Shown here: positions 21,870 through 34,692 of the stretch, in pieces
How positions within the stretch are numbered: position 1 is the stretch's first letter
How the letters are laid out: the number at the start of each line of letters is the position of its first letter
Source: Moniliella sp. 'wahieum'
Taxonomy: Eukaryota
Length of the DNA stretch: 64,000 bases
Direction of reading: 5' to 3'
Assembly: GCA_003971905.1 (NCBI GenBank)
Contig: RSEE01000148.1
Coordinates: 1-64,000 of the forward strand
The notes under the pieces: model-generated
What the model was told of the DNA's origin: nothing
Database searches by the model: none
The model's input: the letters and a program-made list of their open reading frames with translations, nothing else
Program-made: the position numbers and the translations under genes

Positions 21870-22796
21870 CCCCAACTCGCCGGGGTCAAACAGTGCCACG
21901 TTGCCGTCTTTCGGCCTCTTCGGAGATGGATACTGTGGTTGTGCTGCCTCTTTGCTCCGTGGGCGCCACTCGGCGAGGCCGGTGACTCCTGGGGAAAGAA
22001 AGAGCATGGAAAAGAATGGCGAATGGCGGGGGTGTGCGAACCGAACCCCTGATGGTGGAGGGTATATACAGTCTCCCACCCTATAGAAGCAGTTGGTCGA
22101 TGTTAGATCTTGCCTGGTTGGCTGTTGCCGGCGATTACATTGTGGGTGTGCGTGTACGTGTGCGTGTACGTGTTGTCATCGGACACCACATGCCACCGTC
22201 GGCGCAGCACATTGCGACAGCCACTACTCAGCGGAGCCTCCGCTCCGACAGGGTGCGGCGGAGGGGAGCATTGGGGCGGCGTACTCAGAAGGCATGTCAC
22301 ATGCACACGACATGTGACAGGCGGCCACAGCGCTTGGACCACCGCAGCCGGGGGCACACAACAGGCACTGCGCTACTCAGTACTCACGCTCGCATCTCAG
22401 ACCGCCCAGCTGACACACACCCCTCCCCCCGCGGCTGCCCACGTGGGGGTTCGCGCCCCCCGCCCACACCGCCCCCGTGCCACGCTCGACGGCGTGGCGG
22501 CCACGCACATGGCCAGTGTGGTGCGCCACAAGGCACCAGCCCTGTGTCCCTCGCTGCCGCACCTCGCGTGTGCCTGGCGCCCCCAAGTGGAGCACGCCGG
22601 TGGCGGAAGCTTTCCCGTGCCAGTGGCTTGTTAGCAGCGCCATCCGCAGCTCCAGCTCCATCTCCATCTCCAGTGTCATTGCCATCTCCATCCCAATCTC
22701 CATTACCATCTCCATCTCCATCTCCATCTCCATCTCCATCTCCACTGTCATTGCCATCCCCATCTCTACCCCCTTCCCCATCTCCACCCCCATCCC

Positions 22797-25700
22797 ATGC
22801 CCATTGTGTCTGCCTCCGAGCCCGACCCCCTCCTGCCCATCCTCATCAACCGCCCGGCCCCCGTCCTCCGGCGCGCTCTCTACCGCCATCGCTGCCGCCA
22901 ACGCCTACACGCCGCCCCCAGCCCCATCTCGCCCCCGCCCCCCCCCCCCCGCCCCCGCCCCGCCCCCCGTTCACCTCGCCGCAGGACTCTTGCCCGTCGA
23001 GCCTGCTTCGCCCATCATCCGCCGTGGCGTCGTCAGCGTCAAGGACGATGGCCTCCGCACCTGGATCTGGGCCAAGCGGTGGGCTGTCCTGCGCACCCAG
23101 ACCCTCAGTCTGCACAAAAACGAGGTGCGTTGTTGTCGTTGTCCCGGGGAGGGAGGGGGGGTTGCTCCTACCCTGACCCCTGGAGCCTGAGGTCGGATGG
23201 TCAGCTGACTGGAGCCTGGACAGACGACCCCCAGCCCTTTGGTCTTGATCCACCTCAAGAACGTAGAGGTGGTGCGGCGTGTTGATCTGAAACCGTACTG
23301 CCTCGAGGTGGGCACCAGCGACAAGAAGCAATGTTTCCTCCAGCTACGCAGTGACGACGATCTCTACGGATGGATGGACAACATTGGGTGCCGCGATGGC
23401 TGTGGGAGGCATGCCCGATGGTCCGGGCGACACGTCGGGCGTGAGCGCACCCACTGGGTTTGTCCACGAGATCCATGTAGGTTTTGACCCGAATTCCGGT
23501 GCGTTTACCGGTCTGCCCGACGAATGGGTCCGTCTGCTGTCGACGTCCAGCATCACGCACGATGACTTGGTCAAAGACCCCGACGCGGTATTTGATGTGC
23601 TCAAGTTCTACACGGGCATTGCGGCCGATGGCAAAGACGCGGCCGATGAGCCGGCGGCCCACTGGGCCGAAACGTCCACGGCCGAACTACTGTCGGCGGC
23701 CAACTTGCTGCCGAGAACTCGAAGGCGCCCAGAGAGACAACGCTGCTGCTGGGGGCGCAACATGCGTCTCCTTCCCGGCCGCTCCTCCTGCTCCACCGGG
23801 TGCTGGGTCCGCGTCCGCCCGGCGCACAGGACCTGCTGCACCGCCTCCGTCCAGCGCCGGCCTCGCTCAGGCCGCCTCGTCCGCGTCGGGCACAAAGCTC
23901 AAGCGCGGCTCGTCGTTTACCAGCCGCCTCGCCGGCTTGACGCGGACGATGAGCATTGGCTCGTCGCATTCTCGTCCTGCGCCACCTGCTGGGGGAACCG
24001 TCACCGCTGGCTCTGCCCCGCCGGGAGGGGGCAACGGACACACGGACCCCGCAGCAGGGCCTAAGCCGCCGCTGTACAAGGCTGCCGCCTTGGCTTCCTC
24101 CACGCCTGTGCTGCCGTCGCCCGAGGTGTACCATGCAGCGCATGCGGCGGTGCCTATGCCGCCGATCGTGAGCACCACGTCCACAGCTCCGTTGATGCTC
24201 AACTCGCGTGCACGCACCTCCTCTACCGGATCCAACTCGTCCATCTTGCTCAACGCGTCCTCAACACCGAACCAAGGGGGTACAACAAGATGGCCCACCC
24301 ACCTTCCAGCTCCCGTCCCACCCTTGGAGGCTTGCATCGCTCCCCCTCGGCCGGTCCGCTCCGAGCGTGACGTTTGCCCAGCCGCGCCTGACCGGAGCAC
24401 CAGTCGGCAATCTAATGCTGCGCCCGACCTTGCTCGGTCCGCTTCGGCCGGCGGCGCACGTCCTGCCGACGCAAGCATTCCACCTTTGTTCTCGGGTTCG
24501 AACACCAAACCCACGGCAACCGGTGGACCGTTGGGGTCCAGGTACGCCGCCCCTCCCCCCTCCCAGCGACAGGCACTGCAGAGAGCCCAGTGAGCGGCAC
24601 GCGCCCACCTGCCCCCCGTCGGTTCGGGACCGGGCTCGGGAGCGTCGACCATGGGCCCACCCGACCGGCACCGGCACCGCCCGTACCGCACGGAGGGGCC
24701 CTGGGCCGGCCTGCCCCGCCACCGATGCAACGGAGCGTCACGGACCCCTCCCGTCCTGGCATGAGCGTCCCTGGGCCGCCCTCCGTGGTTCCTCAGTCCC
24801 TTCCCTAGAACGATCGGCCACGACGGGACCGACAGGACTCGCCTCGGCGCCGCAACGCGCCTCGCCACCGTCGTTCCCCTCGGCCAGCTCGGCCTCGGCT
24901 TCCGTCTCGGTACCCGCACGTGCTCCAGGGGCAGAGGACGCGGTGCGCCAAGCGAGCCCAGTACCGCCGCCGCAACGGTACAGGCGCGATCGAAAAACGC
25001 AGCGTTGGCCAGTGCCGTGCGTTTGGAGCCGGTCTCCCCTTCTGTCGTTTTCCCTCCTACGGGTGGACCAAGGCAGGCCTATCTCCGTCTCCGTCTCCTT
25101 CGCCGTCGCCGTCGCCGTCGCCGTTCGCGTCCCCGTTGCCGGCCAAGCCCGCGCCGACCACGACGGCGGCCAGTGCCAAGCCGCTCGATCACCGTCTGTC
25201 CCGCATGACGGACCTCGAGGTCCTGGCCGCCCTACAGACCATCTCGACGTCTTTTAGCCAAGGCCAAACCGACCCACGACAATTGTACCATCGTCTACGC
25301 AAAATCGGTGCTGGCGCCAGTGGCGATGTGTACGTTGCTGCGCCAGCGACGGACCCGCAAGCGCGTGTGGCAGTCAAGGTGATGGACCTGAGTCGGCCGC
25401 CGCAAGCAGATGATTTTGAATGAGTTGCTTGTCATGCGCGATTCGCAGCACGAGATGTGGTCAACTTTGTGGCGGCGCACTTGACGCCGTCGTCGCGGCG
25501 AGAGGGCAAGCAAGGACGTGGGATAGGAGGCGCGGAGGGGTGGTGTTTGTGGGTGGTGATGGAGTACATGCAAGGTGGTGCATTGACTGATGTGATTGAC
25601 CAACACACGCTCTCTGAGCCGCAGATTGCTTACATTTGTCGTGAGACGGCCCAGGGTCTCGCGCACCTACATGCGCAGCACATTATCCACCGCGACATCA

Positions 25701-26154
25701 AGTCGGACAATGTACTCCTCTCGTCGCGTGGGCAGATCAAGATTACTGATTTCGGGTACTGCGCCAAGCTCACCCCCACCGCGCCAAACGCGCCACGATG
25801 GTCGGCACGCCGTACTGGATGGCGCCCGAGGTGGTACGGCAAAAGGAATACGGTCCACGGGTAGACGTGTGGTCACTAGGCATCTTGGTCATCGAAACTG
25901 TCGATGGCGAACCGCCGTACTTGGACGAAGAACCTCTCAAGGCCATCTACCTCATTGCCACACACGGTACACCTACCTTGGCCCATCCTGAACGTTTGAG
26001 CCAGTTGCTCAAACGTTTCTTGGCCGTCTGCCTCACCGTCGACCCGCTCGCCCGCGCGAGCTCACACGAACTCCTCCACCATCCTTTCCTCCGCCTCGCT
26101 TGCTCCCAAGACGACATGCGCGCGCTCGTACACCCGCGCCATGCAGACCGCTAA
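22797..26154 (+). CDS. cla4: Cla4-type p21-activated kinase (PH + CRIB + Ser/Thr kinase)
   Basis: PH domain RRGVVSVKDDGLRTWIWAKRW..LHKNE (intron 23125-23223); CRIB VSAPTGFVHEIHVGFD; kinase IGAGASGDVY, VAVK, HRDIKSDN, DFG, MVGTPYWMAPE. Start uncertain; several frameshifts. Confidence 0.93.
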
Positions 26155-27286
26155 TCATTAGCGGTCATCAGTCATCGGTCATCGGTAATCGATTACGGGG
26201 ACTGGGAAACGGTAACTGTGTAACGCCCCCCCCACCCCCCCGATTTTGTACCAATCATCTTTTCCCCCTTTTCCCCTTTTCCCCTTATTTTTCTTCTTCC
26301 TTTCTCTCCGTCTCCACCTCCCCATACGCGCTATACGCCTGCTGCACCATCGTCTGTCACCGCCGCGTTTCTGAGCTAAGCTCTTCTCCCCTTTCTGTGA
26401 CGGATGGGACGGATAGGTGGGGGAGGGCTGGCCCGCCCCCCGTTTTCCCTTCTCCGTTCTCTGTTCTCCGGTCTTCGGTCTCCGGTCTCCCCTACGCCTC
26501 CGCTCTTCTTGGCTGCGCCCGGGGGGCGGGCTTGTCATTTTTTTGAGGCCGCTACCAAGCGCAAGCGCACGGTTTCTGTATAATGAATTGAAGAACCTTT
26601 TTTTCTTGGTTTGGTTGGGCCCGGCACCAAGGTTATGATATGGACTGAAGCTACGAATCACTCAAGTTAAACTGAGTACTGAAGGTAGGCACAGAGGTAT
26701 ATCGCACGTTGGACGTTAATTCAAATCGTTCAGAGCGGACCATCCGGTGGTTGGATGGTGATCTTAGTTAGTTGGGTGTACGGGTGGGGGAAAACAAAAG
26801 GTTCCTCTGGTGCGGCACAGGGTAGCCTTGCGGAGGTCTCCTCTCCAGCTTCAAGGCCCTCACGTGGCCAGTGAAGCTAGTAGTGACGAGTGACGAGTGG
26901 CTAGTAACATGCATAACATTTAGGAACGAGTGCCTCGTGACGAGGCATCATGGCTGCACCGTAGGAACCACCAGCGGAGCTCTATAGGGCACCACCGGGC
27001 CCGCACCACAGCCGGCCCCAACTAGCCCATTGGAGAAAGTAAGGTCAAGCCAGTCCATAGACAGAACAAATACAGATATGGGAGAGGGGAGGGGGGGACG
27101 GTCAATGGACTTGGATGTCCGGATGGACCGATACGAATGAGAATGCGATTGGGACTGGAAATGAGGACGGAAATGGAAATGGAAATGGAAATGGGAGTGA
27201 GATGCTAGGAAGAAACCGGAGGAGGCGAACACGGGGGACCTAGTTACATCCCCCATACCTCGGCGCGCGTTTTAATCGATTCGTGC

Positions 27287-28895
27287 TCAATCATTTTCGG
27301 CGATCAACAAGGCGACCAAGACAAGCACGATGGTGGTAGGCGTAGCCAAGATAGTGTAGGCCACAAAGATAGTACGCGAGATCAACCGTTCCACACCACC
27401 TTGACCGTGGCCACCATGTTTGGCCGCGGTCTGGGTTGTGATCTGGGCGAGGGTGAGAGCCGGAGGCGAACCAACAATCAGACATGCCGATGCCAAAAAC
27501 ACCGGATCGTCCATCACGTTGTTGTGCGTCATAATTGCCAGGTAGGCCATCACGGGAATCAACACTAACGGACACACCACCATCCGAGCCCCAATCGCCG
27601 CCGCAATAGTCCGTGTAGATTCGGACAGTCCGGCAACGTACCGTTCTTGCCCTTGGACTTGCATTTGCATTTGCATTTGCATTTGCTCGTTCCCCGTCGG
27701 ATCAGCCGACGGACCAGAGCATGGCTTGCCCCCCCGCCCGTCGTCGCCTTCTTCGCTATCGACGTACGTGGCGGACGTGACGCTACCAGAGCGGGAGGAC
27801 GATGCGGTAGGCACAGTCAGGTGACCCTCGGCCGCCGGGGCACCGTGGGGCGGTGCAGGGGGGGAAGTAGGGCTGCGGGTCCCAGGCCCAGACGCAGGGG
27901 AAGGAGTAGGAGTAGGACGGGGATCGACAAAGTACGCGCCCAGAGCAACCAGAGTCAGGGGGATGGAACACGCACCACATTGGTCCAGTGCACCACGCAA
28001 CGGGCCCATGCCCACCAACAACCGTTGGACCGGCGGCACGAGCGCGACGGCAAGTGAAAGAATCGCAGCCCACAGCGGCGCCGTCATGAACCTATGCACG
28101 GCCAGAAGCGGTTGGAGCACAAAGCGGCGCAGCAAGGCAGGTCGCGGTGGAGGTACGGCTACCACGGCCGTGGGATCCAACGGCGACGCGGACCGGGGCG
28201 ATAGGTCCTGCTCATGCTCATGCTCATGGTTATGGGTATGTTCTCGGTCATCGTCGCTGTCTTGCGGGGAGTTGGGGAAGGAGACGGCCCAGCGGGGCGG
28301 GCGTGCGGGGGCCTGTTCAGTGTCGCGCGGAGCTTGGGCCAAGGAGGCCAGCCGACGCGAGCAGGTGGGCTCCGAGGGACCAACGAACAAACATGCCCAA
28401 GGTGGAGAAGAGGACGAGGTAAGTGAGTGCGCGACCGAGCATGGCGTCCGGGTCGTCGGCCGGTTCGCCAGGCTCTTCCCACCGGAGCAAAGGCACAGTC
28501 ACCACCAGCGACTGCATCAGCGCCACAGGGAGCGAGTTGGAGTTGGGCGTGATGGCTACTGCGATGGCATAGCGCGTGTGGGCAGCACTGATGCGAGCCA
28601 GTTTGGCCAGCACCAGCGCGCCCAGGAGCGAGACGAGCTCAACGAGGATAAACCCGATGGGCACAATGGCGAGCTCGATGAGCCGGTGCGCATTGAGACT
28701 GAAGGCGACCTTGCTGAAGAGCAGAGCGGGGGTAAAGATGCTGACGTTGATCTTGTTGAGCTTGGTGGTGGTGGCCTTGTCGAGGATGCCGCGACGGGCG
28801 AGAAGGTAGCCGACAAAGCTCACCAGGATCACCTCGCAGATGCTGGCGGCAGTGACGCGCACGAGCTCGGCGATGGGGTCGCCGTGCTTGCCCAT
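27287..28895 (-). CDS. Auxin efflux carrier (AEC/Mem_trans, PILS/ECM3-like) transporter
   Basis: GYLLARRGILD, IFTPALLFSKV, PNSNSLP, FMTAPLWA, GACSIPLTLVALGAY, PPALTLAQ; two hydrophobic halves separated by a hydrophilic loop; frameshift near 28380. Confidence 0.9.
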
Positions 28896-30911
28896 TGGGA
28901 CGGCAGCGGGGGGGGGGGCAAAGGAGGAGGAGGTGGTACGAGAAAAGGGACGGTGGCGGCAAGACGGCTTGCAGGGCTCGGTTGAGGGTTATAGGTTGAG
29001 CTCACCCGCGAGGACGGCAGGGCAGTGTGCGGTGAGGGTGCGTGTGGACGGTGTGCTTCGGCGGACCGCGCAGCGCAGCGCGCAAGGCACACGGCAAGAC
29101 TACACAGATGAGACAAGACACAGGCAGGCGAAACAGCCGTCATGCGGGCGTCAGAAGAACAGCGGCTGTGCTGTGTGTGCGGTGCTGTGCGCGCAGAGCG
29201 GGTGCCCTGTGCTGGATTGCGTTGGCGGCACGCTCGCGGCCCCAGGCCTTGGCACCGCCACCGAAACGCCCCCAGCACCGTCCGTCTGCCGCCACCGGAA
29301 ACGCCGCCCAGAGGAGCGCACGTGCGCTATAGGAGACCAGTCAGATGCAGGACCCATCCCCCACGGATGGGATGAAACAATGGATGAGCCAATGGTGCGA
29401 TTCGGGCCGAGCGACACACGCATGATCAACGGTACTGCTGGTGACCAAGCAGGATTCCAGATTCAGCATGAATCAGCGCAATCAGCGCTCAGCAATCGAC
29501 GACACACCTCGCAAAGGGCAGAAGAATGACGTCAGTGAGTGGCACGATACTGGCTGCGTGCGGCCAGTGGAGCCCACTCCGATTACGGCACGGGGCCACT
29601 GGGGGCCACGGCACAGCGTGCTCGGGCGGGCGGGCGGAGGGGCACGGGGGCAGCGGGGCGCTTATCGCCCCTGGCGCTCTGGGCTGGTGCGGCGGCGTGC
29701 GGCAGGAGACCACCGGCGGGTTGTCCCGGCCTGTGCCACACACGCCGCGGGGGCTCACTCTCATGGCCTCTCAGTCTATCCGCACCCACCCGCGCCTCCC
29801 CCCTGGCCACACCAGACATGGCCTCATTAACACTCGTCCCGTGCAACGAAACAGGTACAGCCTCAACACAATCAACCCAATCAACACGTGCGTGTGAGGA
29901 TGGGTTGAGGAGCAAGCGTTGAGCAACGCAGTACAGACTAACCAAATCCACGCCAACAGGAGGGAAGCACCACAGCCGCCTTTCCCCTATTATACACCTG
30001 CATCAGGCCACCAGGTCCTCTGCCCCTCTCTCACATGTCACACCACCGCCTCAGGGGCGTGAGGAACACCCAATTACCGTTCAACGTCCCCTGATGAACG
30101 AGACGGTGGGATGGATGCGCTCGGTCGAAGTGATTGCGATCACATCAACATCACGACCTCCCAGGCCTCCGCGGTTAGCCTCCGCGGTTCGGCCTTGGCC
30201 CGTATTGGCTACGCCTATCCATCCGTCCCGCGGACACAACAGAGAAAGATCCTACCCCCGAAAGGGACTGGCACCTTAGTTGGCCTGCATGGCTGGGCTA
30301 CGAAGCTGATCTGTTCCTCCTTTCCACCTTGCAGCCAGCTCATATTCATTCTGCACGCGACGCACATTGACCGGACCCCGCTCTCTCGTGTACGTCTTTG
30401 CCCGCAAATACTGTCCACACCAGCGACCTCACCCACTCGCTCGCCACGGTTCGGGCAGGGGTACAACCTGCAATGGCTCGGTTCGTCGGGTGTGTGCAGC
30501 GTCCATGTCTTGTGTGATATGGGACAGGGCGAGGGAAGACAGCTCCACATCGCAGAACAAGAGAGACGCTACAGTACCAGCACACCCAAATGCAACCGGG
30601 ATGGGCGGGATGGGGAACGTTTCGTACAGTGCGCAGGCGCATGCGCATGCGCATACGCATCCACCGACCACTGTCCCTGTCCCATACTATGGTCTGCAGC
30701 TGTGAGGGGTGCGGGGGGGAGGACGGGAGCGCGGCCCGTTGCGCGCGAGGGGCAGTTATGAACTGAGAGAGCGACCAAGGTGATGACCACCACCGTGCCA
30801 CAGACAAATCGCATTGGCGCGGATGAGCAAGGACGGGGTAGGGAAGGACGGGGGGGACAAGGTGGGGGGGGGGTTGGACAGGTTGGAGGCCGAGGCTGAG
30901 GTAGCGGCAGA

Positions 30912-33900
30912 TCAGGCCGACGCGCCTGGCTTGCCGTTGCCGTTTTCGTTCGTGGTGGTAGTGGCGGTAGTGGTGGTGGGGGTATCGTCGTCCCATCCGA
31001 GCTGGTCAGCAACAAACTGCATTGCGCCCTCGAGCTCTGTGGCGACCATGTCCAACGCGTCCGTCTCTGTGGATCGGTGGAGGGATCCGAGGCGGGGGGC
31101 GAACGCGCGCTGACGACGGTGGGTGTAGTACGGATGGAGGTGAGGAAGGAGCGCGAGTGTGTGGTTGGCATAAAATGATTTGAGCGTGTCAGCCTCAGAT
31201 GACGGCATAGGCAAGTCGCCCATACCGGCAAACTGGACCACTGCACGTACTCGCTCTGTACCGCGCGCAGCTAATACGCCCAAAACCGCATTCGCTCCCA
31301 CACTCCCACCGCCTACCATCACACATGGTACAGATGCCGGCAGGATCGAGACGCACGTGTCGTACGCTGCGATGGCAGCGAGCGTGATGGCGTCCTGTAC
31401 GGACGCTGGCACGGGGTGTGCCGGGGCAGAGTGTGAGTGCGAGCCCGAACCGGAACCAGAACCCGAGCCCGAGGTCGAGGTCGAGGTCGAGTCGGACGAG
31501 CGCGAGGCCAGTGCATCAGCCACCTCGCTCGCGAGCCCCGAGTACCCCGTGTGGGTAGACGCGCGCGGTCCCAGTGCCGACACCTGCGGCCGGACCAACA
31601 CACACATCTACCACTCCGCCACGCTGTGCGCCTGAGCCCACGCATGGAGCGCGACGTATCCCCCTCCCGCGCCGGGCGGGTCGTCCGCCGCGTCCGGCAC
31701 GGCATAGTTGGACCGCGCAAACGTCTCGACTGTACTTTGGTCCACATCAGCCGTTTCACGTACTCCAACTACACGCCCGTCGCTCCAGTACCCCGTGCGC
31801 GACAATGGCGTTCCACCTTCCCGCCCGTTCCGGCTGCTGTGGTGCACGCCCGTATCGTGCACAAATAGCATCACGGCGCGTAGCCGCTGTGCGCCGCCTT
31901 TGCCGCCTTTGGATTCGGCTGCGAAGCATGGGCATCGGCAGGGTGTGCCCCACGCCCGAACCACACGGCTCAGCAGGCAATCCTGTCCCCGTAGTGTAGA
32001 TGTCCCACGGTACCAGAGCATGCACCAACGGCGCAGGTCGAAGTAAGCTCCTTGCCCGTACGTCTTCCCCCTCTACTGCCGGTACGGGCCAGAAGGTGGA
32101 CTGGGCCCAGGAGGGACCCCAACTCGTACTCGTACTCGACCCGGGCGGGGGCACAGAAGGTTGTGCGTCCGGCCCAGACCGCGTTGCAGTTTCAGCTCCA
32201 GCTTGGACTTGGACTTGGGCTGGGGCTTGGGCTTCAGCGTGCGCGGCGGGCGGGACAAACGCGTCGGATGCAATCATATAAGGTGGGCGTTCGGGAAACG
32301 TGAGGGGTGTGAGACCAAACTTGTCCCAATACACATACTCGCGCCAGAGGCGGAGCAGTTCAGCCTTGCTCGCGCGTGCTGTTGCGGCCTCGTCGCGCAT
32401 CCACGAAGGAAAAGCGGGGTACGGACGGCGGTCCAAGTCGATACGGCGACGTTTCGCGCGGGCGGGGGAGGGGACCTTCGCCGTCGGAGGCAGAGTTGGC
32501 TTCTTCCTCGGACCCAGGCACAGGATGGATCTCTTCGCCTTCGCTCTCGGGCGCTGGGAGGCCGTCGTCGGCATCGGCAAGGCTGGACCAGAATCGCGAT
32601 TGGACCGTGCGCACTTTGCTGCACGTGCGTCGGGCACTGGCACAGGCCACCGTGCCCTGTGGTAAGGGCGGTGGAGCCTCGCCGAGCAAGACGCGGTCAC
32701 AGCCAAGGCTGAAGGCGCGATCGAGTCCACATTGTACCCGCCTTCTAACGCGACGACCAACCGACCCCCAGACAGCTGCGCAAGTCGTGCAGTCATATGC
32801 GCATACCCCGTTGGCGAAACTAAGTTCAACCCGAGCGGATCGCCTTGCGCCGCATCGAATCCCGCACTGATAATCACCAGTTCTGGCGCGTACTCGCGCG
32901 CAATCGGCATAATCACCGTATCGAACGCATGGAGGTAATCTCCATCGCCCATGCCCGTCGTAGGCCAGGGAATGTTGACGCTAAACCCACGTCCGGCTCC
33001 AGCGCCAACACTCTCAATTGACCCAAATGGTCCGCCGGGGTAGAAACTGCCATCGTCGTACCGGTGCAGCGAGACGTACAGCACCGACGCATCCGCATTG
33101 AACATGGCTTGGGTCCCGTTGCCGTGATGCACGTCCCTAGTTTGCGTTTCGTTTCGGCGGTTTGGGGCGCGTCAGCGATCGGTTCTAAGGCACGCATAAC
33201 ATAGCATAGCATGGAGGGAACGAGTAGCAGATGGAAGGGGTGGGGGGGAGGGACGTACCAGTCAACATCATCACGCGCTTTACTGTGTGTCGCCGTCGGT
33301 GTACTTGTCCTGCATGGCGCGTGGCAATGGCCACATTGTTGAAGAGGCAGAACCCCATGGAGCGGTTCGGTTCCGCATGGTGACCCGGCGGGCGGATGAC
33401 AGCCAGGCCATTACGAATGTCGCGGCGGACGACCGCGTCGCACATTTCAATCAAGCTGCCGGCAGCAAAGCGGGCACAAAGCGCACTGTACTCGTTGAGG
33501 TACAAACTACTTTCCCTCTCGAGCAGAGCACTGTTCTCCCGTAACGTCTCGACAGGGAGGAAGGCACTGTTGTACACGCCGTTCACTACAGCGTCCGTGT
33601 GCACACGCCGAACCTCGGCCCGCCGCGCCTCGCGCGACCGCACACGCACCATCTGCGCCACGTACCCCGACGTCTTGAGCAGATGGAAGATGTGCGCAAT
33701 GCGACGCGCGCCTCGGGATGGTCCTCGGCAGGGTGCTTGTGGAGCAGCATGAGGCTGTTGTACACCAGCCCCGTCGCGGCGGGCCGGCGGGCGCAACGGG
33801 CGCAAAGGGCGCGGGCACGGGCGTGGCGGTGGGCCTTCTGGCACTTGTTCCCCTTGTGGTGGTGGTGGTGGTGGTGGTGGTGGTGGTAGGGGTGGCGGGG

Positions 33901-33959
33901 GCGTGGGCGGCGGCGGCGGGCGTGGGGTATCGGGGCGTGGGCTCGACGGCGCTGGCCAT
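30912..33959 (-). CDS. clr3: Class II histone deacetylase (Hda1/Clr3 type) with long C-terminal extension
   Basis: HPE, IRPPGHHAE, MGFCLFNNVA, DW|DVHHGNGTQ (intron 33137-33258), SLHRY, SAGFDAA, LEGGY. A C-terminal region is present, as expected for Hda1/Clr3 (Arb2-like, inferred). 3' end approximate. Confidence 0.9.
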
Positions 33960-34050
33960 GGCGGTGCGGCTGCTGTGCGCGTCGGCGATGGATCGGGCGG
34001 TGGTGGTGGTGGGGCTGCGGAATGAGCGGGAAGAAGGAGAGACGCGAGCA

Positions 34051-34062
34051 GGTCACGTGACC
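34051..34062. promoter_or_regulatory. Perfect 12-bp palindrome GGTCACGTGACC (bHLH E-box) in the divergent promoter
   Basis: Lies ~90 bp upstream of the HDAC ATG; matches the RTCACGTG bHLH consensus. Confidence 0.4.
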
Positions 34063-34692
34063 CACGCACGCCGCACGCGCGGACAGAACGATGTGGGAAG
34101 ATGCTGGGTTCGATCCGGGGTGGGGCCGATTCTTTTTTGAGGGGAGAGATTCCTTGGCGACTGACGAGGGTGCGCGGCACACTGGCACTGGGGAACGTTT
34201 AACGTTTACCGTTGTCTTGAATGCAATCAATCCTCCATCCACGGCCTGCTCGCCGGTGTGCTACAGCGTGGCGGACGGGGGTTAGTGCGGCTGTGGCCTC
34301 CACGTGCCCTCGCCGCCCTGGCACGGCGCGGGCGAGCACGGGAGCGAGCGCGAGCAACCGAGCAGAGTGCGCCTGTGCGGGCCCAGACGCCTCGCGAGAG
34401 GCACTCGCGACAGGGGCTGCCCCCTGCGGCTGTGCTCGCTCTGCCGCTGCCGGCCGGGCGAGCGAGACGCGCAGACACCAGCCACCGCGCCACCGCCCAG
34501 CAGTGGACGCCCCCCTGCGCCTACGCCACGCCACACGGGCCATGCGCCTCTCCTGCCCGCACACCGCCCCTGCGCCTGGCTGATCCATGCGGCGCCTGCG
34601 CTCTCCGCCCCCCGTGCCATCCATCTCATCGATCACGTAGGCCTACGGCTTACGGGCATCCAACCACCACCACCACCACCACACCATCCGCC

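Noticed and set aside
34103..34138. GGTTCGATCC followed by a T-run, resembling a tRNA 3' end with Pol III terminator
   Set aside because: The T-stem does not pair and there is no cloverleaf upstream.
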